In this document: positions 23,079 through 30,500 of the stretch, one piece after another
Layout: every line of letters starts with the position of its first letter
How positions within the stretch are numbered: the stretch's first letter is position 1
NCBI RefSeq assembly: GCF_000021865.1
Contig: NC_014034.1
Coordinates: 1,020,001 to 1,052,000 of the forward strand
Source: Rhodobacter capsulatus SB 1003
GTDB lineage: Bacteria > Pseudomonadota > Alphaproteobacteria > Rhodobacterales > Rhodobacteraceae
Reading direction: 5' to 3'
Length of the DNA stretch: 32,000 nt
Notes under the pieces: model-generated
Databases searched by the model: none
Told to the model about the DNA's origin: nothing
Seen by the model: only the letters and a program-made list of their open reading frames with translations
Made by a program: the position numbers and the translations under genes

Positions 23079-26000
23079 ATGCTCAGCCAAAGTTTTCGGC
23101 ATAGCATGAAATCGAACGAGTCAAATTTCGGATTTTTGCAATCCCACGAACCCCAGCTTTACAGGCTGGGGACACTAGCGGAGCGCTATTTTTCTGAAGA
23201 CCCGAACACATGCAACATTAAGCTGCGACAGTTCTCGGAATTGGTGGCGCAGTTTACTGCGAGCAGATTGGGTCTTCCGATTGCACAATCGGACAACCTT
23301 GCCGACCTGCTTCGGTTACTAAAGATCGAGCGCAGCCTTCCAAAACAAGTCCTTGAGATACTCCACAGTTTGCGAATCGCCGGTAACCAGGCAGCGCATC
23401 AAAATACCGATGACCACTCAAGTGCCTTAAGCGGACTCAAGCTCGCGCGCCAATTGGCGATCTGGTATTTCAGAACATTTCACAAGCCCTCTGGTATTTT
23501 TGGTCCTTTCATTCCGCCAGAAAGGCCCAAGGACGTTTCAGAATCGATCGTCTTGGAGCTGGAACGTTTAAAGGCGGAGTTGGAGGCCTCCCTCACTGAA
23601 GCCGATCAACTACGGGAAGCGGCAAGGCAGGCCGAAATTGAAAGGAAAAGCGCTGCAGATCGCGCCGAGCAGGAGCGAGTTGACCGCGAAACTTGGGAGA
23701 AGCTTGCGGAGGAAGCGGAGGAAGATCGCAGGGCCCTTTCCTCACAGCTACAATCATTGCAAGTTCAGGCTTCCTCCAAGGACGCTCTAACGTTTGAGGC
23801 AGTCACCGAACTGGCTCGAGATGCTGCCAGCAAGATCAACCTGGACGAGGCAGACACACGGGTTCTTATCGATAAGCAATTGCGCGATGCAGGATGGGAG
23901 GCGGACACGAAACAACTTCGGTTCGCATCCGGTGCTCGCCCCATGAAAGGCCGCAATCGCGCGATCAGTGAATGGCCAGCCGAAAGTGGACCGGCCGACT
24001 ACGCACTCTTCTGCGGCATGGTCTTGGTGGGAACCGTGGAGGCAAAGCGGCAGAACAGAAATGTCATGGAGGTCTTGCGGCAGGCAGAACGGTACTCAGC
24101 GGGCTTCAAGCTGAATGAAGGTGAACTGGCACAAGGTGCTCCTTGGGCAGGTTTCAAAGCTCCCTTTGCGTTCTCGACAAACGGACGGCCCTACCTCAAG
24201 CAGGTTGAAACCTTGTCGGGCATCTGGCGGCGGGATTTGCGCGATGCCAACAACCCTGCCGAAGTGCTTGTCGGATGGCCTTCACCTCGCGGGCTGCTTG
24301 AGCGGCTGACTGTGAATAAGTCCGCAGCGCACCATGACCTTGCATCGCAGCCCTTCGACTTTGGGTTTCCGCTAAGACCATATCAACACAAGGCGATCGA
24401 GGCGGTTGAACAGGCATTGCTTGAGGATCGGCGGGCGATGCTCGTCGCTATGGCAACCGGAACGGGGAAGACAAAGCTCGCAATCGCTATGCTTTACCGG
24501 CTGATCGCCGCCAAGCGGTTCCGCCGCGTCTGCTTCGTTGTGGATAGAAGCGCGTTGGGTGAGCAGACCGAGAGCGAGTTCACCACTACCAAAGTGGTCA
24601 ACGGCAAGTCTTTTGCGGACATTTTTGGCCTCAAGGGGCTTGATGACGTGGTCCCCGATGACGAAACCCGCATCCACATCTGCACGATCCAGGGGTTGGT
24701 CCGCCGAGTGCTGTATGCCGCTGATGAGGCTGATGCGCCCACAGTCGACCAGTATGATCTGATCGTGGTGGACGAATGCCATCGCGGGTATCTGCTCGAC
24801 CGCGAAATGTCTGAGGGCGACATTACGTTTCGCAGCCAGGACGACTACATCTCGAAGTACCGCCGAGTCCTCGAGTACTTCGATGCGGTAAAGATTGGCC
24901 TGACGGCCACACCAGCGCTACACACCACTGAAATCTTCGGTCTTCCAGTGTTCACTTATTCCTATCGCGAAGCAGTGGTTGACGGTTACCTTGTTGATCA
25001 CGAACCGCCGGTGCGCATCGGAACGCTGTTGTCTGAGGGTGGTATCCATTTCTCTCGTGACGACCAAGTTGATTTCATCCACCCAACAAGCGGAGCAATT
25101 CAACCCGCTACTTTGCCAGACGACATCGACTTCGAGGTTGACCAGTTCAACAAGAGCGTTATCACCGTCCCTTTCAATCGAGTAATCGCACAAGAGCTCA
25201 CGAAGTTCATCGATCCAAGCTTGCCAGATAAGACGCTGGTCTTTGCTGTGTCCGACGCGCACGCGGATATCCTTGTGAACGAGTTGCGGGTCGCATTCCG
25301 TTCAGCATTTGGCGCGCTGCCTGATGCAACTGTGCAGAAGATCACGGGGAAAGTCGACAAGGTCGGAAAGTTGATCCGATCGTTCCGCAACGATCCACTG
25401 CCTAAAGTGGCGGTGACAGTAGACCTCCTGACTACTGGGATCGACGTCCCTCGGATCAGCAATCTGGTGTTCATGCGGCGCGTCAACAGCCGTATCCTTT
25501 ACGAACAAATGCTTGGCCGTGCCACCCGGCTATGTCCAGAAATCGACAAGGAGGCTTTTCGCATCTTCGACGCGGTGGACCTCTACGCTCATTTGCAAAA
25601 CCTTACCGACATGCGGCCGGTGGCTGCGGACCCAAGCTTCACCCTCACAAAGCTGTTCGAAGAACTCAGCCAACGCGGCGACGTAGAACATAAAGAGCGT
25701 GTGCGTGAGCAGATCATCGTTCGCCTCCGACGCAAGCTGCGGCGCTTGTCGCCAGAGGCACGGGCTCGATTTGAAAAGGCTGCGGGTGAAACTCCGGAAG
25801 AAAGCCTGCAGCGTTTTATCTCTGGCGATGCCAGCGCGCTTGCAGAATGGGCGGCCGAGCGACCTTCTTTGGGCCCGATCCTTGACTGGACCTCGGAGGA
25901 TGGCACTCCAAACTATATCCCGATCTCTGAACATCCTGATCAGGTAACGACCGTTTCACGCGGCTATGGTGCAGCAGACCGGCCCGAGGACTTTCTGGAT

Positions 26001-26486
26001 GCTTTCGCCACTTTTGTCAGGTCCAACGTCAATACTATCGCTGCCCTGAAGATCGTCGTGCAGCGCCCCCAAGAGCTGACCCGCGAGGAACTGCGGCAAT
26101 TGCGCCTTGAGCTGGACGCGGCGGGCTTCACCGATAGTAAGATCAGACGCGCCTGGGCCGATGCCAACAACGTAGAAATCGCGGCCTCGATCATCGGTTA
26201 TATCCGCCAAGCGGCGCTGGGTGATCCCCTCGTTCCCTATTCTGATCGCGTGCGGCATGCCGTGGATACGATCTTGCGCCAGCGGCAATGGACCGATGTG
26301 CAGCGAAAGTGGATTGACCGGATCGGGCGGCAGCTTGACCTTGAGACTATTGTGGATCGTGCGGCCTTCGATGCCGAGCCCTTCGCATCGCTAGGGGGTT
26401 GGTCTCGGATTGACCGCGTGTTTAATGGCGAACTGGCGCAAGTGGTTCGCGACCTTAACGAAAACATCTGGAAAGACGCAGGCTGA
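23079..26486 (+). CDS. hsdR: Type I restriction enzyme R subunit with N-terminal DUF4145-like domain plus coiled coil, and EcoEI_R_C-type C-terminus
   Basis: 1135 aa. The N-terminus is NFGFLQSHEPQLYRLGTLAERYFSEDPNTCNIKLRQFSE...HSLRIAGNQAAH, followed by an E/R/A-rich coiled coil. The nuclease region is ..PADYALF..VGTVEAKRQ. The helicase motifs are MATGTGKT and VVDECHRG. An alternative start lies at ATG 23106. Confidence 0.93.
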   Translation: MLSQSFRHSMKSNESNFGFLQSHEPQLYRLGTLAERYFSEDPNTCNIKLRQFSELVAQFTASRLGLPIAQSDNLADLLRLLKIERSLPKQVLEILHSLRIAGNQAAHQNTDDHSSALSGLKLARQLAIWYFRTFHKPSGIFGPFIPPERPKDVSESIVLELERLKAELEASLTEADQLREAARQAEIERKSAADRAEQERVDRETWEKLAEEAEEDRRALSSQLQSLQVQASSKDALTFEAVTELARDAASKINLDEADTRVLIDKQLRDAGWEADTKQLRFASGARPMKGRNRAISEWPAESGPADYALFCGMVLVGTVEAKRQNRNVMEVLRQAERYSAGFKLNEGELAQGAPWAGFKAPFAFSTNGRPYLKQVETLSGIWRRDLRDANNPAEVLVGWPSPRGLLERLTVNKSAAHHDLASQPFDFGFPLRPYQHKAIEAVEQALLEDRRAMLVAMATGTGKTKLAIAMLYRLIAAKRFRRVCFVVDRSALGEQTESEFTTTKVVNGKSFADIFGLKGLDDVVPDDETRIHICTIQGLVRRVLYAADEADAPTVDQYDLIVVDECHRGYLLDREMSEGDITFRSQDDYISKYRRVLEYFDAVKIGLTATPALHTTEIFGLPVFTYSYREAVVDGYLVDHEPPVRIGTLLSEGGIHFSRDDQVDFIHPTSGAIQPATLPDDIDFEVDQFNKSVITVPFNRVIAQELTKFIDPSLPDKTLVFAVSDAHADILVNELRVAFRSAFGALPDATVQKITGKVDKVGKLIRSFRNDPLPKVAVTVDLLTTGIDVPRISNLVFMRRVNSRILYEQMLGRATRLCPEIDKEAFRIFDAVDLYAHLQNLTDMRPVAADPSFTLTKLFEELSQRGDVEHKERVREQIIVRLRRKLRRLSPEARARFEKAAGETPEESLQRFISGDASALAEWAAERPSLGPILDWTSEDGTPNYIPISEHPDQVTTVSRGYGAADRPEDFLDAFATFVRSNVNTIAALKIVVQRPQELTREELRQLRLELDAAGFTDSKIRRAWADANNVEIAASIIGYIRQAALGDPLVPYSDRVRHAVDTILRQRQWTDVQRKWIDRIGRQLDLETIVDRAAFDAEPFASLGGWSRIDRVFNGELAQVVRDLNENIWKDAG

Positions 26487-27955
26487 TGAACGGAACAAGG
26501 GCACGGGAAACCGTTCAGAAGCTTTGGAACGCAAGCAAGAGTTTGCAGGGCGGCGGCGTAAGCTACTACGAGTACGTCACGGAGCTGACCTACCTGCTGC
26601 TGCTGAAGATGCTGGAAGAGGTCAAGCGCAACGGGGTCAAGCTGGAGGAGCGCCTGCCGCCGAACCTGCGCTGGGGGGAGCTAAAGCGGCTTGAGGGCGA
26701 ACAGCGCCTGATCCGCTACCGTGCGATGCTGCTGGAGCTGGGCACCTCCGACAAGTTTAACTTCCCGCTCGTCAAACAGGTTTTCACTGATGCGAAAACC
26801 TCGCTGACCAAGGCCACGGCCCTCACCAGCCTTATAACCACCATCGACACGGTCGACTGGTATGCGGCCGAAGAAGATGGCCTGGGTGACCTTTACGAGG
26901 GCTTGCTTGAACGCACCACATCTGAGCGCAAGTCCAAGGCGGGCCAGTATTTCACGCCCCGGCCGCTGATCGAAACCATCATCCATTTGATGAAGCCCAA
27001 GGTTGGGGAGGTTATCCAAGACCCCGCGGCGGGCACCGGTGGCTTTCTAATTGCCGCTCACCGCGCCATCATGCGCGATACAGACGACCTAACGACAGTT
27101 CCCAAGGACGTCGCCTTTGCCCAGCGGAACGGAAAGTACCAGGGCGCGGAACTAATTACAGGCACGCACCGGCTGAATACGATGAACTTGCTTTTGCATG
27201 GCATTGACCAGCCGATCGACCCGATTGATGCATTGACGTCGGACGCCAAGAAGTTCGATCCCGCCGATCTGATCCTGACCAACCCGCCCTTCAACAAGTT
27301 CCCCGAAAGCGTGGCACGCGATGACTTCGTTATCACTGCAGAGGCCAGAAAGGGCCCGCTTCCCTTTGTCGAACACGTCATCCGGGGGCTGAAGGTTGGC
27401 GGGCGAGCCGCGATCGTCGTGCCCGACAACACCCTGTTCGAAGACAGCATGGGCCGCGATCTGCGCAATTGGATGATGGACCTGTGCGATCTGCACACCA
27501 TCCTGCGCCTACCGACCGGCATCTTCTACGCCCAGGGCGTCAAGACCAACGTGATCTTTCTGACCAAGAAGTCAGAGGAACGGGTCGGGGCGACCAAGGC
27601 GGTCTGGTTCTACGATCTGCGCGCACAGATGCCTAACTTCGGCAAGACCCGCACGCTGACGACCGCTGATTTCGAACCCTTCATTGCCGCCTATGGGGAT
27701 GATCCCCACGGCAAATCGCCTCGCATCGACGAGGGCGAAGCCGGACGTTTCCGCAAGTTCACCCGAGACGAGATCTCCAAGCGTAATGACAACCTCGACG
27801 TCACTTGGCTGCGCGACGATGTCGAAGTCGTCGAAGAAGGGCTGACCGAACCTGACGACATCGCATCCGCGATCATAGGGCATCTGCGCGCCGCGCTCGA
27901 GGAGATCGAAGCCGTGGCCGACGAACTCGCCGAAGTGGCCGAGGCTGACGAATGA
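26486..27955 (+). CDS. hsdM: Type I R-M N6-adenine DNA methyltransferase subunit
   Basis: 489 aa with motifs IQDPAAGTGGFLI and LILTNPPFN. The start overlaps the hsdR stop (TGATG). Confidence 0.95.
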   Translation: MNGTRARETVQKLWNASKSLQGGGVSYYEYVTELTYLLLLKMLEEVKRNGVKLEERLPPNLRWGELKRLEGEQRLIRYRAMLLELGTSDKFNFPLVKQVFTDAKTSLTKATALTSLITTIDTVDWYAAEEDGLGDLYEGLLERTTSERKSKAGQYFTPRPLIETIIHLMKPKVGEVIQDPAAGTGGFLIAAHRAIMRDTDDLTTVPKDVAFAQRNGKYQGAELITGTHRLNTMNLLLHGIDQPIDPIDALTSDAKKFDPADLILTNPPFNKFPESVARDDFVITAEARKGPLPFVEHVIRGLKVGGRAAIVVPDNTLFEDSMGRDLRNWMMDLCDLHTILRLPTGIFYAQGVKTNVIFLTKKSEERVGATKAVWFYDLRAQMPNFGKTRTLTTADFEPFIAAYGDDPHGKSPRIDEGEAGRFRKFTRDEISKRNDNLDVTWLRDDVEVVEEGLTEPDDIASAIIGHLRAALEEIEAVADELAEVAEADE

Positions 27956-28878
27956 CCACCGCTGAAACCTTTGGCCGCACGATCCAGCTTTTCCTTGTCG
28001 ACGGCACCCCCAACGGTCTGCGCAAGGCGACCATCCACGGCTGGACCGGTCTGATCTTTGTCGCGACAACCTCCACCTTCGGCGCTCTGACGTCCCGCAG
28101 GGAACTCGATCGCACCGGCATTAACCTGCTGGCGGGGCCCGACCCAGAAAAAGAGGGCGGCACACGGGTCTACATCGGGTCAGCCAACAGTGTGCAGGAG
28201 CGGATCAGGCAAAGCGCCGTCCAGCGCGACTTCTGGGAAATCGCCATCGCCGTCACCACCAGCGACGATGACTTGTCGAAAGGCCATGTCGAATACCTCG
28301 AGGCTCGGCTGATCGAACTGGCCACCCAAGCCCAGCGCGTGGCCCTGGACAACGGGAACAACCCCGCAAGCCAGCGCAGACGGCTGCCCGAGGCCGATCA
28401 GGCGAACATGGAACAGTTCCTCGCCAATCTGAAAATCATGCTCCCCGTGATCGGGCTGGACCTGCTTAAACCGCAACCGCGCGCTGCGTCACTGGTTAGC
28501 ACGCCGGTCGAACAGCGCACCTCGGGCGAGGTAAAGTTCGAGATGCGCCACAAGACCGGCGTGCAGGCCACGGCGGTCGAAGAGGATGGCGAGTTCATCG
28601 TTCTGGAAGGCTCGCAGGCCTTGATCAACACCGGCCATGTCCAGCAAAGCTATGGCAGGCTGAAGAAAAGCCTTGTGGATCAGGGCATCCTTGTTCCGTC
28701 TGCCCCGAACATGCTGGTGTTTGCCAAGCCCCATGCGTTCAACAGCCCTTCAGCGGCAGCGGCCGTAGTGCTGGATCGGAACAGCAACGGACGGATTGAG
28801 TGGAAGGTGCAGGGATCAAGGCAGAGCTACCACGAATGGCAGCAAGCGCGGATCGCTATTGACGGGGTGAGCGCATGA
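27952..28878 (+). CDS. GIY-YIG nuclease-like / DUF4357-like protein embedded between hsdM and hsdS
   Basis: 308 aa, GRTIQLFLVDGTPNGLRKATIHGWTGLIFV..TGINLLAGPDPEKEGGTRVYIGSANSVQERIRQS..VEYLEARLIELA. There are ATGA overlaps at both ends. Confidence 0.8.
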   Translation: MTTAETFGRTIQLFLVDGTPNGLRKATIHGWTGLIFVATTSTFGALTSRRELDRTGINLLAGPDPEKEGGTRVYIGSANSVQERIRQSAVQRDFWEIAIAVTTSDDDLSKGHVEYLEARLIELATQAQRVALDNGNNPASQRRRLPEADQANMEQFLANLKIMLPVIGLDLLKPQPRAASLVSTPVEQRTSGEVKFEMRHKTGVQATAVEEDGEFIVLEGSQALINTGHVQQSYGRLKKSLVDQGILVPSAPNMLVFAKPHAFNSPSAAAAVVLDRNSNGRIEWKVQGSRQSYHEWQQARIAIDGVSA

Positions 28879-30500
28879 GAGAGCTGCCGAATGGGTGGGC
28901 AGAGACCACGCTAGGCAAGGTAACGTTGCCTTTCGAAACAACAGATCCAACCCGACGCCCGGACGAGACGTTTCAGTACATCGACATTGGCTCTATCGAT
29001 AATCAGACCCAAACTATCACGCAGCCCAAGTCTATTTTGGGCCGAGATGCACCCTCGCGAGCGCGGCGCGTTGTCAAAAAAGATGACGTGCTGTTTTCGA
29101 CAGTCCGAACCTACTTGAAGAACATTGCAGTAGTTCCAGAATCATTGGATAGCCAACTTACCTCCACTGGCATTGCTGTTTTGCGCCCAAGTGAGGCACT
29201 TGATGGGCGCTACCTCTTCAATTGGGTGAAGTCAGATGAATTCATCTCGACGATGTCCAAGGCGCAGGATGGCACTCTTTATCCCGCGGTGACGGATAAA
29301 GACGTGTCGGGCGGAAGAATTCCACTACCGCCGCTCCATGAACAAAAACGAATAGTGGCCAAGGTGGATGGGTTGACCGCCCGCACCGCCCGCGCCCGAG
29401 CCGACCTTGACCGCATCCCCACCCTCATCGCCCGCTACAAACAAAGCCTCCTGGCCCTCGCGTTTTCGGGTGAACTGACCGCTGGCTGGCGAAAGACTAA
29501 GGCGCTCAATGACTTCGAAACGGTCAAACTTCACTCGCTTTGTTTGTCAGTTACGGACGGCGATCATCAAGCACCACCGAGGTCAGATTCCGGGATTCCG
29601 TTCATCACAATCTCTGCAATGAATACCGGACGGATCGATCTTTCGAAGGCAACCCGCGCTGTTCCCCGCAGTTACTTTGACGAGATCAAGGAATCGCGAC
29701 GCCCTGCCATTGGTGACGTTTTGTTCTCCGTTACAGGTTCCATCGGAATTCCGGCACTGGTTGAAACCGACCTTCCTTTCGTCTTTCAGCGGCACATCGC
29801 AATAATGAAACCGAATACTGAACGGGTGAGCGGTCGTTTCCTGTCTTATCTACTCGCGTCCCCGCAGATCAGAGAACAAGTTGATGCAATCGCCACTGGT
29901 ACAGCTCAGTTGACTGTTCCTCTTGGTGGGTTGAGACAATTCGATTTTCCTTGTCCCACCCTAGAGGAGCAAGCCGAAATCGTTCGTCTCATCACGTCTG
30001 CCTTCAACTGGGTGGACCGCATGGCCGCCGACCACGCCGCCGCCGCCGACCTCCTCCCCAAACTCGATGCCGCCATCCTCGCCAAAGCGTTCCGTGGCGA
30101 ACTCGTCCCACAAGACCCGAGCGACGAACCCGCCAGCGCATTGCTGGAGCGTGTTCAAGTGGAGCGTAATGCCACCTCAAGAAACCCTCGCGGCCGACGA
30201 CTAGCCGGAGTCTCCGAGGTCATCGAGATTCAACTGCCGCCAATTCAGATACATGTATCAGTCGGCCCAGTTACAATAATAGAAACCCGCGGGAGGCAGG
30301 CGATGACCAAAAGCCGCCAAGATGATGATGTGATGGGCAAACCCTATTTGGCCAGCCTACTGAAGGAGGGGCACAGTGCATCAGCGCAAGATCTGTTCAA
30401 GGCCGCTGATCTGCCTGTGGCCGATTTCTACAAGCAACTCGCCTGGGAGATCGCCAACAAGCATATCCGCGATGACGATGAAAAGCTGGAAGCGCTCTGA
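28875..30500 (+). CDS. hsdS: Type I R-M specificity subunit (two TRDs) with ~110-aa C-terminal extension
   Basis: 541 aa. The conserved helices are LPPLHEQKRIVAKVDGL..IPTLIARYKQSLLALAFSGELT and CPTLEEQAEIVRLITSAF..LLPKLDAAILAKAFRGELVPQDP. The tail is ..MTKSRQDDDVMGKPYLASLL..LPVADFYKQLAWEIANKHI. Confidence 0.9.
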   Translation: MRELPNGWAETTLGKVTLPFETTDPTRRPDETFQYIDIGSIDNQTQTITQPKSILGRDAPSRARRVVKKDDVLFSTVRTYLKNIAVVPESLDSQLTSTGIAVLRPSEALDGRYLFNWVKSDEFISTMSKAQDGTLYPAVTDKDVSGGRIPLPPLHEQKRIVAKVDGLTARTARARADLDRIPTLIARYKQSLLALAFSGELTAGWRKTKALNDFETVKLHSLCLSVTDGDHQAPPRSDSGIPFITISAMNTGRIDLSKATRAVPRSYFDEIKESRRPAIGDVLFSVTGSIGIPALVETDLPFVFQRHIAIMKPNTERVSGRFLSYLLASPQIREQVDAIATGTAQLTVPLGGLRQFDFPCPTLEEQAEIVRLITSAFNWVDRMAADHAAAADLLPKLDAAILAKAFRGELVPQDPSDEPASALLERVQVERNATSRNPRGRRLAGVSEVIEIQLPPIQIHVSVGPVTIIETRGRQAMTKSRQDDDVMGKPYLASLLKEGHSASAQDLFKAADLPVADFYKQLAWEIANKHIRDDDEKLEAL

